A stretch of 64,000 bases of DNA. Source: a bacterium. Lineage in GTDB: Bacteria; Bacteroidota; Ignavibacteria; UBA10030. The position numbers were made by a program, and so were the translations under genes. The notes beneath the pieces were generated by a model, which saw only the letters and a list, made by a program, of their open reading frames with translations, was not told where the DNA came from and ran no database searches. Location of the stretch: contig JAZDJN010000035.1 in assembly GCA_043803945.1 (NCBI GenBank), forward strand, positions 58,324 to 122,323, read 5' to 3'. Positions 11,501-22,071 of this stretch are shown here, piece after piece; the first letter of the stretch is position 1, and the number at the start of each line of letters is the position of its first letter.

Positions 11501-14500
11501 CAGAAGTTACCAGTCCTCCGGTTGCTGATACTGCAATAATATTTGCTATCTTGGCATTAGCGGAACAATTTGCTCCACCGATCGCTGCAACATTCAAGGT
11601 CACGCAGTACGGAGAAATACCACTTGTGAAAATTTCCCCACTCGAAGGAACAGCTTTCACATTAGAGACTAATGCACTGCCAGGCGATGTTACTCCTCCG
11701 GACCCGCTTACTGCTTTCACGAAGCTGTTTATCGAAGACCCCGCTGACGATGCACCGCCTATTCCTATATAACCACGAACCATTGACCCACTACCACCGG
11801 TAACCATTCCACCCGAAGCGTATTTCAATACACCGAGAGCGCATGCTCCACCAGCAGAACACCCACAGACACCATCAACAGACATTACAATAGAAACGGT
11901 CGCGACTCCAGACGTAATCGCACCGCCCAATGCATATTTCAATACACCAAGCGCACACGAACCACTCGCGATGCTTCCACCGGACACTACGGGTACGAAC
12001 ACCTTTGAAATTACTGCGCCACCACCGGTAATACATCCACCTGAAGTAACTGGAAGTATAACAATCGCATAGGAATTAAATCCACCTGTTACTGCCCCGC
12101 CGCTAACGAATACTGTCCTTCCAAGTGCAACTACACCGCTTGAAATACATCCAACAGAAGAAACTGGAACAATGACATTTGAGCAAGAACCATTTCCACC
12201 TGTTGTCACTCCACCACTGACAAATACCGTTCTTCCAAGCGAGACATTACTACTGGCGACACATCCACCTGAGGTAACAGGAAAAATGACAATAGCAAGA
12301 GAACCGCCTCCACCAATTGTCAATCCACCCAAACCACTTATCGCTTTCACAAAGCAGTATATCGGTAAACCACCTGCCGATACACCACCGGTTCCTACAT
12401 AGCCAAATCCAGCCTGAGCTTGACCGCCAGTGACTACACCACCTGAGATAACGAACACCCGGCCATTTACGGATACTCCACCTGTTACAGCACCGCCAGA
12501 GCTTTGAGGCGCAAACCGTAAGATGAAATCAGCGGATCCTCCAAGAACAATAACACCGGTCGCACGCCCATGCCCAAACGAACCAAATCCAAAGCTACCC
12601 CACTCTCCAGCAATGTCCGATCGAATATATGGCTCCCACACCAACCCTCTTGATAGCAGATGAACGCCACCGAATACAATCCCACCGGATGCAACAACGT
12701 CTAATCTGACCCGCAATACAACGTCGGCAGTGCCACCGCTTATTGCACCACTAGTTCCAACATAACCGCGAACCATTAAAGCACTGCCATCAGAGACGAT
12801 TCCACCTGATGCAAATTTCAGAACACCAAGCGAACAAACTCCAGAGGTAACAACTATACCTGAAACGCTCGGAACAAATATCCTCGCTATTATTGCAGTG
12901 CCACCTGTGCTGCATCCGCCAGCACACAAACCTACATATATCCTTACGATCGAAGCGCCACTCGCAGTTACACCGCCGCCAGTGACGGCAAACTCCCGAC
13001 CGAAAGGTGATACACCACCAGCCAGGCATCCAGATGAACTTGGCATTAATACGACAAATGAAACTTGACTGCTTCCCGAATAAACAATTCCACCAGATCC
13101 ACTATAGCCACGCACAAATGCCGCTGTACCGGAAGTAACGCAACCACCAGAACCAACGATCGACAACACTTTACTTACCGTCGCACTTCCAAACGTGTCG
13201 CATTGACCCGATGGGATAATGACGAGAACTATTGCGCAGGGCCCACTACCTGAAGCAACGCATCCACCCGTTGCTGTGATAGCAACCACATTGGAGCTTA
13301 CTGCTGACCCTGATGTTACGAGTCCACCAGTAATTTCAAACTGTCTTCCTAGTTGCGCCAATCCGCTTGTGACACACCCACCTGTGGCGAACTTCAAGAT
13401 GCCAAGCGCACTCGAACCACCAGTAGAACAGCCTCCTGCACCGTCAACGGTCTCTATTATAGACACCGCCGCTACACCAGATGTAGTAACTCCACCTAAT
13501 GCATATTTCAAAACTCCAAGAGAGCATGCTCCACCAGTTAGACATCCACCAGATACTACAGGTGCAAACACCTTTGATGTTATTGCACTACCACCTGAGA
13601 CATAGCCACCTGAAGGAACTGGAACGATGACATTTACGGGAGAACCAATTCCACCCGAAATAATTCCACCGCTAATGAATACCGTTCTACCAAGCGCAAC
13701 ACTACCACCAGAAATATTTCCACCGGAAGCAGCTGGCACAAATATTTTTGCCACCAATACCGAGCCTGCAGTAACAACACCGCCAGACGCGAACTTGAGA
13801 ACACCGAGCGCACAAACACCGCTGGAGACAACTCCACCATCTGCAGATGGAACAATTACGATCGAGCAAACCGAAGATCCACTACTGGACATTCCATCGG
13901 AGCCAACTTCACATCTTATTTTACTAATGTCTGTTGCGCCACCGGTAATACCGCCACCACTGCAAACAAATGTACGAGCAATATCTGCCCGGCCGCTAGA
14001 GACTATTCCACCTGATACTGCCAGCTCAAATCCACGTATTGCGGAACCAGAAAGCGTGACTCCACCAGTAGGTAATACATTGATACCTACAGTCACAACT
14101 GCACTACTACCGAGAACAGGAACTTTGTGAACCCGTCCTTGTCCACCTGAACCAAATCCGAACGAACCCCACATTCCATACAGATCAGACGTGGAATACG
14201 ACTCATAGACCAAGCCTCTTACAAGTCCAACACTACCACCAGTAATACATCCCCCACCGGCTACGTGCGACATGGTTATCGTCGCTGCAACTGGAGCAGA
14301 ACCGCCAGTCGTAATACCGCCGGAACACAGCCCGACGAATACTCTGATCAACGCTCCACCACTGGCAGTGATACTACCGCCAGCGCAAATGAACGTCCGT
14401 CCAAAGTCTGCATGCCCAACAGTTACACATCCACCCTGGGAGACAATTACTATCACCGATGCACAAGTCGCTGAACCACCAGAAACTAATCCACCACTAC

Positions 14501-17500
14501 CTGAGAATACATATCCTCTGCAAAGTGTGGCAATACCGCCTGATGTGCATCCACCAACACCGGAGACTGCAAGACTGTTTGAAACGACACCTGCCCCAGA
14601 GGTCACTACTCCAGCAGATGCAAATTGCAATCTGCCTAAACTACATACTCCACCACTTAGGATTCCACCGATAGCAATTTTCACAAAGACGTTCGATACC
14701 AACGCAATACCAGAACAGACAGATCCACCTGAAGCCACTGGAACTGTGACCTTTACAAATGGCGCCGAACCGTAAGTGACCACTCCACCAGAAACCACCG
14801 GCAGAATCACGAATGCATAAACGCTCGAGCCGCCACCCAAACATCCACCAGAAGCAACTACGGTCCTGACAATCGTAATGGCTGGATCTGCAGATCCAGA
14901 TGTAACAGCGCTTCCGGTCGCAACAAATGTTCTAGCACAATCAGAACGGCCTCCGGTTACGATTCCACCTGATACGGCGAACTCTGCTCCTCTTGGTCCA
15001 ATCCCGCCAGAGGTTAACCCGCCACTGCCAATAACCATGACTCCGACAATCTTGTCCGCAGAATCACTTACTCTGACGGAACAGATCGCTCGACCTGAAC
15101 TTCCACCCCACACCGAGCAACCAAACGCAGAACTCGAATTTTCAAAACCATAAGGTTCATACACGAACCCTCTAGCTAAATCGGAACTTCCTGCAGTTAC
15201 GATTCCACCAATAGCCATAACCTCTTTTATGAAAGAAACAGTTGCGCTACCACTAGCAGGAATTCCACCAGAACACAGTCCAACGTGTATACGTATTACA
15301 GCCCCACCACCAGCCGTGGTGCCGCAGCCAGATGCGCACTGCAATCTACCTAAGCTACACACACCGGCTGTTACTGCTCCACCAGAACCTACTACGGTCT
15401 GGATAATCGTTGCAATTACAACTACGTCTCCACCTGAAACCAAACCACCAGACGTACCAAATGTCCTTGCGACATCTGCTCTTCCGCTCGTTAGAACGCT
15501 ACATGAGACAGTGAACGCAAAGCCTCTGAGAACACTCCCGCCTGTTACTATCCCGCCACTAATAAACACTGTCCTGCCTAATGCAACGATACCACCTGAA
15601 ATACATCCACCCGATGTTAGAGGAACGATAACAATCGCGATAGACACACCTCCAGAAGAGGCTAAGCCACCGCTAACAAATACAGTCCTGCCCAACGCGA
15701 CAATACCACCCGAAATGCAACCACCGGATATTTCCGGGACAACAACAATCGCTAGAGAACTATCGCCACCAGAGACACAACCGCCACTCGCTGTGACTAT
15801 GATTCCAATAGACTTGTCCGCTGAACCGTTTGCTGTGAGAGGATTGGCCTCACTGTTCGGAACATATTGATATCCCCTGGCAAAGAGAACGCTTCCACCA
15901 GTTATTACATTTCCTGTAGCAACAACGGCATTTACAAATGAGACAGTCGCACTCCCAATACTTGTCATTCCTCCGGTACATAGATCAACATAAACCCGAA
16001 CTGTTGCCCCGCCGCCTGCGGTAATACCTCCACCGCCACCAATGAAACAAATCACATTCGCGACACCGGAACTTCCACCGCTGGTAGCACCGCCTGAAAC
16101 CAGTTTCACAATTACAAATACATCATCTGCGGTCCCAGATGCTACACCTCCTCCTGACCCGGCATATCCTCTTACCCACACACCAACACCGCCAGTAACG
16201 CATCCTCCTGACGTTAACTGCGTGACACCTCTGGCGCATATTCCACCTGCGATCACACTGCCGGAAGTCGGAGAAGACAGAACGTTAGAAACAAGACCTA
16301 CTCCGGATGTCGTTACTCCACCTGAAACCAACTTCACAATTACAAATACATCATCTGCAGAACCGATCAACGTGCATCCACCGGTTCCAACGATCGTCTT
16401 AGCGAATGAAACAACAGCTACACCGCTGGTGGTAACTTCACCGCAAGGAACAATATTCAACACTTTGGCAATCAGCACTATGCCGGCAGTTGCGCATCCA
16501 CCACTGATAAAGAGTGTCCGTCCTAATGAACAGCTTCCACCAGCTACGCATCCACCTGTGATTCCAAAGGCGCGACCAATAATATGCTGACCACCTGTCG
16601 CACACTCACCAGAACAGGGAGCTGCAAGAACATTGCTGACTAATGCACTTCCACCTGACGTTGCTCCACCAGAAGCGATTACTTGAAGGCCTATCGTTCT
16701 ATCTGCACTTCCAGTAGTGCGAACATCGATCGAGATATCCGATACCGTTCCACCAACATAAATGGATCCGAATAAGAACGAACCGTAGGCCGTTGCCTTC
16801 AGCTCTATCGAGTGTTCATAGACATTACCACGAGCCAGTACTCCAACTCCACCAATGATACAACCACCGCCTGTATCAACTGTTCGACCAAACACACAAC
16901 TACCGCCTGCATCGGCCCCACCGGTTCCGACGTAGGCACGAACCATTTCTCCCCTACCACTTGACGTGCAACCGCCTGAGGTAAGCTGTAATCGACCAAC
17001 CGAACAAGTCCCGTCAGTTGTGCAACTGCCTGAACAAACAGAGACATTTACGAATGCTATACCCGCTGACCCGGTAGCAGAACATCCCCCAGCGCATAGT
17101 CCTACAAAAATCCGAATCCAAGCACCACCTCCGGATGAAACACCCCCACCAAGAATGGCATACTCTCTACCATTAAGAGACGCACCATTACTTGTGACTC
17201 CATTAGAACAAACAGGAACGATCACTACTAAAAGAGCAGCATCTCCACCGCTTGTTGCCCCTCCACCGCCGGCATAAGCTCTCTGCCATATCGCAGCTCC
17301 ATCGGTGACATACCCTCCTGATGTGAGTTGCAATCGACCAAGAGAACAGATACCGTTAGTGACGCATCCACCTGAAACCTCCGGAACAAATACTTTGGCG
17401 AGATCAGCTACACCGCTTGTTACGCATCCTCCAGACGCGGTAAATGTGAACGTCTGACAGTAGGAGGCTACACCCTCAGTGATACAACCACCGGAAGTCA

Positions 17501-20500
17501 GTTGCAATCTTCCAAGAGAACACATACCACTTGTCGTTATACCACCAGAAAAAACAGGCGAGAATACATTAGCAATTAATCCTACGCCGCCAGTGACTGA
17601 ACCTCCTGACGCAGTGAATGGGAATGCTTTCGATATCAATGCAATGCCAGAACAACTTCCACCACCTGAACCAACTACCGCTTTGACGAATAGTCGATCA
17701 GCAGTTCCAGATGCCGAGCATCCACCGGACCCAACATATCCACGAACCCATACTCCGATACCTGCAGCTATAACACCACCTGACGTTAATTGCGTAATAC
17801 CTCTGGGACATGCACCTACAGTAATCACACCACCGGAAGACTGCGCAGATAAAATCTTTGCGATAAGTGCATCACCAGAAGCAGTAGCTCCTCCAGAACA
17901 AGCAAGCACACGCGTGAATACCAAATCTGCTGAACCGGACGTCGTGCTTTCACCGATTCCAGATATCACGTTAACAAATGATACTACAGCAACGCTGCCA
18001 ATAGTAACGCGACCTATAGGAACAATGCTCAATACTTTGGCAATGATCCCAACACCACCAGTCACAACCCCACCGCTTGCCCATACGATTCGTCCAAGAG
18101 AACAATCACCACTTGTAACACATCCACCCATTGATACAAATGCACGACCGATGATATGCTGACCTCCGCTTGTGCATCCACCAGAAGTATTGACCGTCCG
18201 TCCAAGTGCACAATCACCACTTGTCGTAACACCACCAGAGTCAATCACACTGAACACTTTTGTCGAATCAGCCACACCACCCGTCTTCACGTCGATCGTT
18301 ATGTCGGATATCGCACCACCAACATAAACGGATCCGAACAAGAACGAACCGTAAGATGCCGCCTTGATCTCTATCGAATGACTGTGAACATATCCACGAG
18401 CCAGCAACGTAGAGCCGCCAGTCACACAGCCGCCGCTAATATCTACTGTCCTGCCAAATGCACAATCTCCACTAGCGACTACTCCACCAGTTCCAACGTA
18501 CGCTCGAACCATCAGACCTGTGCCGCTAGTAGTGCAATTGCCTGAGGTAAGTTGCAACCTGCCGAGAGGAGCTAGCCCTCCTGTTCCACAGCCGCCAGAA
18601 CAAACCTCCACATTAACAAACGATCTATCTGCTGAACCGGAGGCAGTGCAACCACCTGAGCATAATCCTACATACACTCGAACCAGTCCTGCGCCACTTG
18701 CTGTAATACCACCGCCAAGGATGGCAAACTCTCTACCGATCAGAGCCACTCCATTCAAGGCGATTCCACCATTACAGACTGAAACGATCACCGTTGAAAG
18801 TGTGGCACTTCCGCTACAGGTAGCACTGCCAGCTCCGACATACGTTCTCTGCCATGTGGCAACACCACCTGTAACACAACCTCCAGAAACAATCGGCACA
18901 AATACTTTAACAAGAACAGCGTCTCCTCCGGAAACGCATCCACCAGAGGTAAATTGCAACCTTCCTAAAGAATAGATTCCTCCGGTGATACAACCACCAG
19001 AGACGATCGGAACGAATACCTTAGCAAGTGCAGCATCTCCTCCAGTAATACATCCACCAGAAGTGAACTGCAGTCTTCCTAAGGAACAATTACCGCTTGT
19101 AACACTCCCTCCACTTACTACAGGAACAATGACAATGGCAAGACTGGCTACACCTCCAAAGACACAACCGCCTGAGACAAATGGTGCAAATACTTTAGCA
19201 AGAGTGACGTCTCCTCCTGAGACCAATCCCCCTGAGACGAATGGAGCAAATACCTTGGCGGTAGTAGCGTCTCCGAAAGCAACGTATCCTCCCGACGTAA
19301 GCTGCAATCTTCCAAGTGAACAAATCCCATCGGTAAGACATCCACCCGAAACAACAGGAACAAAAACTTTTACAAGCGCAGCATCCCCTCCAATGACACA
19401 TCCGCCGGAAGCGATCTGCAATCTTCCTAAAGAGCAAATCCCTCCAGTAACACACCCACCTGAAACGACAGGAATATGAACTTTAGCAAATGTGGCGTCT
19501 CCACTACTAATACAGCCACCAGAAGCGAATTGTAGTCTACCGAGAGAACAATCTCCATTGGTAATGCAACCGACTGAACAGATCGGAACAAAAACTTTTA
19601 TAAGAGCAGCTACACCGCTTGTAACACATCCACCAGATGATATGAAGGTGAATGCCTGATAGTATGGCGCTATACCGCCAGCAACATAACCTCCGGAACA
19701 GAAAGGCACTTTTACAAATGCTATAATCGCCGAGCCGGAAGAAGAACAACCGCCAGAACAGAATCCAACATATACCCGAACTATTGCTACACCGCTGGCT
19801 GTAACACCTCCACCGAGAACAGCAAACTCTCTACCATTGAGGGCCACGCCATTGGTTGTAACCCCACATGCACAAACTGGCATTGTAACTATCGCAACAG
19901 TTGCAGATCCACTACAGATAAATCCACCGCTACCAACATAGGCTCTACACCATACCGCATCGCCACCAGTGACACAACCGCCGGACGTAAGAAGCAATCT
20001 ACCAAGAGAGACAATCCCTCCAGTGACACAGCCACCCGATGTCTGAGTCGCAAAAACCTTTGCTGTGTCGGCAGATCCTCCGGTTACACAACCACCAGAA
20101 GCAACTGCTGTTCTAACAACGGTCATGGATGCAATAGCTGCACCTGCAGTCACTACTCCGCCAGTAGCTATTATCGCTTTTACATTTGCTACTGCACCAA
20201 TGCCAGAGGTAACTACTCCCCCTGAACAGAATATCGCAAACACCTTTTGCCAATCAGCACTACCGGATATTTTTACATCAATTTGCTCACCGGCGGCACT
20301 GCTAGAAAATGGCGCCGAACCAAAAACGAAAGAGCTATAACCTGAATGGACAAAATCGTCTTTCTTGCTGTGATCATATCCGCGAGCTTGAATCCCTGTA
20401 CCACCAATGACACAACCGCCACTCACATCCTCGATGATTACAAAGGCATCGTCTGCACTTCCTGAAAATACAGCACCACCAGAACCGACATATCCTCTGA

Positions 20501-21791
20501 CAAATAATCCAAGACCTCCAGTGACACATCCTCCGCTAGCAGCGTGATCTCTTCCCAGTAGTCCTATGCCACCGGTGACACACCCACCAGTGATTACTGG
20601 AGCAAGAACTTTCGCAATGAAAGCAGAGCCAGATGCAGTGCAACCGCCAGCACAAAGTCCGACATACACTCTGACCATAGCCGCACCATTCGATGCAAGT
20701 CCACCGCCTGTGACTCCGAACTCTCTTCCAAGAACACCAATACCGCTACTGACACAGCCACCACTCGTAGGCAATGTTCGACCATACGATGCAGAACCGG
20801 ATGACACTGCACTGCCAGAACAAACTGGAGAGAATACTTTGGCGAGAACTACAATACCTGACGTTGTGCATCCACCTGACGTGAGTTGCAATCTACCTAA
20901 CGCAGATACACCGTCAGTGACACCACCGCCAGAACAGACAGGAACAAGAACTTTCGCTATGACGGCAATACCAGAAGTTGTGCAGCTTCCATTCACGACA
21001 GGAGAAAACACTTTGGCAAGAGCTGCAATCCCAGAACACGTTGCTCCACCACTGCCAGCGTAAGCTCGACACCAAATCGCTACGCCAGCCGTGACGCATC
21101 CACCACTTGTAAGCTGAAGGCGTCCTAATGGGCAGATACCTCCAGAAACAGAGCCTCCGGAGACAGCAGGAACAAATACTTTCGAAAGAAGAGCAACACC
21201 AGAAGTTACAGAACCACCGGTAGGGACATTTGTATACGATTGACTATAGAGGGCAACACCCGAACTCGAAACTCCACTGGAAACAAGAAATGTCCGACCT
21301 ACAACAATGCTTCCAGCACAACTTGCGCCACCTGTCGGTATCAGCACTCGGGTGAATACTGTCAGACCAACTCCAGCACAAGTTACGCCACCAACACCGG
21401 AACCAGCTTTGACGTTGGCAACAAGACCAACACCACCAGCAACCATTCCTCCGACTACCGGGGCATTGCAAACTTTTACCACAAGACCTATTCCGCCACA
21501 ACTTGCTCCTCCACTCGCTGTGGCAGTAAAAATAATTGTCGCTGACTGTGTGACTAAGCCAGATGTAACAGCACTGCCAGAACCTGCCACCGTCCTCAAA
21601 ACAGTTCGAGTCACTGTAGCCGCACCACCTGTTGTAACACCGCCAGACGCAGGCGCAGACTTCACCATAGACAGAACAGCGGAGCCACTTGTAGCAGCCC
21701 AGCCTGTTCCTTCTACATTGAATGCGACGAGCACAGCGGCAAAGATACCACCAAGACTCGACGAGCTATATGGAGCTTTGCCGTAGGTCAT
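8520..21791 (-). CDS. Giant Gly/Ser/Val/Cys-rich repeat protein, putative virion fibre
   Basis: 4423-aa uninterrupted ORF of about 18-22-aa repeats (SGGCVTGG.A/C.LGRLQ/VKVF); no signal peptide; lies between fibre genes and the adaptor; basic C-terminal tail. Confidence 0.75.
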   Translation of the reverse strand: MTYGKAPYSSSSLGGIFAAVLVAFNVEGTGWAATSGSAVLSMVKSAPASGGVTTGGAATVTRTVLRTVAGSGSAVTSGLVTQSATIIFTATASGGASCGGIGLVVKVCNAPVVGGMVAGGVGLVANVKAGSGVGGVTCAGVGLTVFTRVLIPTGGASCAGSIVVGRTFLVSSGVSSSGVALYSQSYTNVPTGGSVTSGVALLSKVFVPAVSGGSVSGGICPLGRLQLTSGGCVTAGVAIWCRAYAGSGGATCSGIAALAKVFSPVVNGSCTTSGIAVIAKVLVPVCSGGGVTDGVSALGRLQLTSGGCTTSGIVVLAKVFSPVCSGSAVSSGSASYGRTLPTSGGCVSSGIGVLGREFGVTGGGLASNGAAMVRVYVGLCAGGCTASGSAFIAKVLAPVITGGCVTGGIGLLGRDHAASGGCVTGGLGLFVRGYVGSGGAVFSGSADDAFVIIEDVSGGCVIGGTGIQARGYDHSKKDDFVHSGYSSFVFGSAPFSSSAAGEQIDVKISGSADWQKVFAIFCSGGVVTSGIGAVANVKAIIATGGVVTAGAAIASMTVVRTAVASGGCVTGGSADTAKVFATQTSGGCVTGGIVSLGRLLLTSGGCVTGGDAVWCRAYVGSGGFICSGSATVAIVTMPVCACGVTTNGVALNGREFAVLGGGVTASGVAIVRVYVGFCSGGCSSSGSAIIAFVKVPFCSGGYVAGGIAPYYQAFTFISSGGCVTSGVAALIKVFVPICSVGCITNGDCSLGRLQFASGGCISSGDATFAKVHIPVVSGGCVTGGICSLGRLQIASGGCVIGGDAALVKVFVPVVSGGCLTDGICSLGRLQLTSGGYVAFGDATTAKVFAPFVSGGLVSGGDVTLAKVFAPFVSGGCVFGGVASLAIVIVPVVSGGSVTSGNCSLGRLQFTSGGCITGGDAALAKVFVPIVSGGCITGGIYSLGRLQFTSGGCVSGGDAVLVKVFVPIVSGGCVTGGVATWQRTYVGAGSATCSGSATLSTVIVSVCNGGIALNGVALIGREFAILGGGITASGAGLVRVYVGLCSGGCTASGSADRSFVNVEVCSGGCGTGGLAPLGRLQLTSGNCTTSGTGLMVRAYVGTGGVVASGDCAFGRTVDISGGCVTGGSTLLARGYVHSHSIEIKAASYGSFLFGSVYVGGAISDITIDVKTGGVADSTKVFSVIDSGGVTTSGDCALGRTVNTSGGCTSGGQHIIGRAFVSMGGCVTSGDCSLGRIVWASGGVVTGGVGIIAKVLSIVPIGRVTIGSVAVVSFVNVISGIGESTTSGSADLVFTRVLACSGGATASGDALIAKILSAQSSGGVITVGACPRGITQLTSGGVIAAGIGVWVRGYVGSGGCSASGTADRLFVKAVVGSGGGSCSGIALISKAFPFTASGGSVTGGVGLIANVFSPVFSGGITTSGMCSLGRLQLTSGGCITEGVASYCQTFTFTASGGCVTSGVADLAKVFVPEVSGGCVTNGICSLGRLQLTSGGYVTDGAAIWQRAYAGGGGATSGGDAALLVVIVPVCSNGVTSNGASLNGREYAILGGGVSSGGGAWIRIFVGLCAGGCSATGSAGIAFVNVSVCSGSCTTDGTCSVGRLQLTSGGCTSSGRGEMVRAYVGTGGADAGGSCVFGRTVDTGGGCIIGGVGVLARGNVYEHSIELKATAYGSFLFGSIYVGGTVSDISIDVRTTGSADRTIGLQVIASGGATSGGSALVSNVLAAPCSGECATGGQHIIGRAFGITGGCVAGGSCSLGRTLFISGGCATAGIVLIAKVLNIVPCGEVTTSGVAVVSFAKTIVGTGGCTLIGSADDVFVIVKLVSGGVTTSGVGLVSNVLSSPTSGSVIAGGICARGVTQLTSGGCVTGGVGVWVRGYAGSGGGVASGTADDVFVIVKLVSGGATSGGSSGVANVICFIGGGGGITAGGGATVRVYVDLCTGGMTSIGSATVSFVNAVVATGNVITGGSVLFARGYQYVPNSEANPLTANGSADKSIGIIVTASGGCVSGGDSSLAIVVVPEISGGCISGGIVALGRTVFVSGGLASSGGVSIAIVIVPLTSGGCISGGIVALGRTVFISGGIVTGGSVLRGFAFTVSCSVLTSGRADVARTFGTSGGLVSGGDVVVIATIIQTVVGSGGAVTAGVCSLGRLQCASGCGTTAGGGAVIRIHVGLCSGGIPASGSATVSFIKEVMAIGGIVTAGSSDLARGFVYEPYGFENSSSAFGCSVWGGSSGRAICSVRVSDSADKIVGVMVIGSGGLTSGGIGPRGAEFAVSGGIVTGGRSDCARTFVATGSAVTSGSADPAITIVRTVVASGGCLGGGSSVYAFVILPVVSGGVVTYGSAPFVKVTVPVASGGSVCSGIALVSNVFVKIAIGGILSGGVCSLGRLQFASAGVVTSGAGVVSNSLAVSGVGGCTSGGIATLCRGYVFSGSGGLVSGGSATCASVIVIVSQGGCVTVGHADFGRTFICAGGSITASGGALIRVFVGLCSGGITTGGSAPVAATITMSHVAGGGCITGGSVGLVRGLVYESYSTSDLYGMWGSFGFGSGGQGRVHKVPVLGSSAVVTVGINVLPTGGVTLSGSAIRGFELAVSGGIVSSGRADIARTFVCSGGGITGGATDISKIRCEVGSDGMSSSGSSVCSIVIVPSADGGVVSSGVCALGVLKFASGGVVTAGSVLVAKIFVPAASGGNISGGSVALGRTVFISGGIISGGIGSPVNVIVPVPSGGYVSGGSAITSKVFAPVVSGGCLTGGACSLGVLKYALGGVTTSGVAAVSIIETVDGAGGCSTGGSSALGILKFATGGCVTSGLAQLGRQFEITGGLVTSGSAVSSNVVAITATGGCVASGSGPCAIVLVIIPSGQCDTFGSATVSKVLSIVGSGGCVTSGTAAFVRGYSGSGGIVYSGSSQVSFVVLMPSSSGCLAGGVSPFGREFAVTGGGVTASGASIVRIYVGLCAGGCSTGGTAIIARIFVPSVSGIVVTSGVCSLGVLKFASGGIVSDGSALMVRGYVGTSGAISGGTADVVLRVRLDVVASGGIVFGGVHLLSRGLVWEPYIRSDIAGEWGSFGFGSFGHGRATGVIVLGGSADFILRFAPQSSGGAVTGGVSVNGRVFVISGGVVTGGQAQAGFGYVGTGGVSAGGLPIYCFVKAISGLGGLTIGGGGSLAIVIFPVTSGGCVASSNVSLGRTVFVSGGVTTGGNGSCSNVIVPVSSVGCISSGVVALGRTVFVSGGAVTGGFNSYAIVILPVTSGGCITGGGAVISKVFVPVVSGGSIASGSCALGVLKYALGGAITSGVATVSIVMSVDGVCGCSAGGACALGVLKYASGGMVTGGSGSMVRGYIGIGGASSAGSSINSFVKAVSGSGGVTSPGSALVSNVKAVPSSGEIFTSGISPYCVTLNVAAIGGANCSANAKIANIIAVSATGGLVTSGVCSLGVSRFASDGTVTGGVASIAKVLSIAGIGGCLTGETSILCRGYVFVATGGLLASGSSLSSIVIVVTANGSVITGGSVVRGFTHICLGGGVSTGGGAIVRIFVGLCAGGVTASASGSVTVRVVVDGSGGESAGGVADKSIRFTYVALDVSNNVGGYGSSSWGTSGYGKLGRILICGGTADVAYRLEITVSGGISIGGHTEFGRTFVVSGGLATGGQCLRAIVLVVSGNGGVVASGSCSVAKVLSIVSSGGVTTGRAAGVVHHIRLEFEPSGGMILGGSALLCRGYVFESAGGLIVGGIAEFAVGRIIEGQGTIVAGGLVILARTFAVSDGVITSGRSVNGRAFATKGGVVTGGKCQMAGRIYGLGGCTIRGGAVVCFRKAIVSSGGLLTGGSSTLCLGLEYQPIGGVQSSGSASVSISKIQFIDGIIVLLSEAVVAFVKAVIATGGAVASGKAVVKNIIEVVGSGDILTGGACIYEPIIRRVVKGIGGVVPSGQGSIVVAIALEGSGKSKTGGGSSLVATRSLESYGGIVISGSAGVQFKRIVDVSGDIVSGGSAAIGKRIAPHVTGGVITAGSALVLVRLSGQSIGGIVASGTAERVISSALICSGGIAASGNATKSVSVEPETSGSMIAVGSVTMKNRRVIEVGGGALLSGASSISNWLTVAALGGCVVSGSALFTFIRTLIAQGGIVSGGSGLVAFKTVLDTVGDVLSGGAAYLKFRLATSVRGTVISSGSAACSIRKVELGSGKMFARGLASIIVPISTRVSILCEATARLVKRSDLGITSQAVCSAVLSPQVAISMTCSASAVAEAHSLFDRLKEMVVSSSIIANATLSLGKLAGMMMSSDSESESTTSVYVNKGISASAVSESESILGVGCIRVLGLRSDCESISELQLFKKVRAIKLSRGRTIKSCGTRDVFAIPEIAPSPEVVVRSIEYPFKDRLTDYCGPVRRVVAKWDRNKVNDLERRRPDVPVERRKVKEDPCIIEQEN
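11382..11399. promoter_or_regulatory. parS-like palindrome, copy 1 (inside the giant gene)
   Basis: cGTCTCACCGGTGAGACa, perfect 16-bp core at 11383-11398. Confidence 0.7.
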
Positions 21792-21797
21792 CAGCTA

Positions 21798-22061
21798 CTA
21801 CCGAATAGCGACCTCACCATTCTCGAAGACGTAATCTTCCGTCAAATAGAAGACTTCATCAAAATAGAGATACCGGCCACCTACAAAGTCCTGGGGAATC
21901 GACTCGACGGTTTCTATCGTGCAATTCTCTGGCGTGAGATCACTTGCGACAAATAGAGTCTCTCCGTTCTGATTGAACTCAAGTCCAGCTTCACTGAAGC
22001 TCGTGGCGTAATTTCCACCATACAGAACTACTTTCGTGCTATCTTTAACTACGATTATCAT
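21798..22061 (-). CDS. Small phage fibre-associated protein (possible assembly chaperone)
   Basis: 87 aa with IPQDFVGGRYLYFDEVF, a motif type common in small proteins downstream of fibres; tight operon spacing. Confidence 0.55.
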   Translation of the reverse strand: MIIVVKDSTKVVLYGGNYATSFSEAGLEFNQNGETLFVASDLTPENCTIETVESIPQDFVGGRYLYFDEVFYLTEDYVFENGEVAIR

Positions 22062-22071
22062 GATTTCACCA

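Noticed and set aside
8529-21786. Many plus-strand Pro/Thr-rich ORFs (up to 227 aa)
   Set aside because: Antisense shadows of Gly/Val codons (GGN read as NCC) in the giant minus-strand gene; no independent RBS or domain signal.
8520-21791. Repeat region as a CRISPR array or DGR template/variable repeat
   Set aside because: Repeats are degenerate, in-frame protein repeats with no constant repeat-spacer pattern; no cas or reverse transcriptase gene and no adenine-specific TR/VR pair seen.
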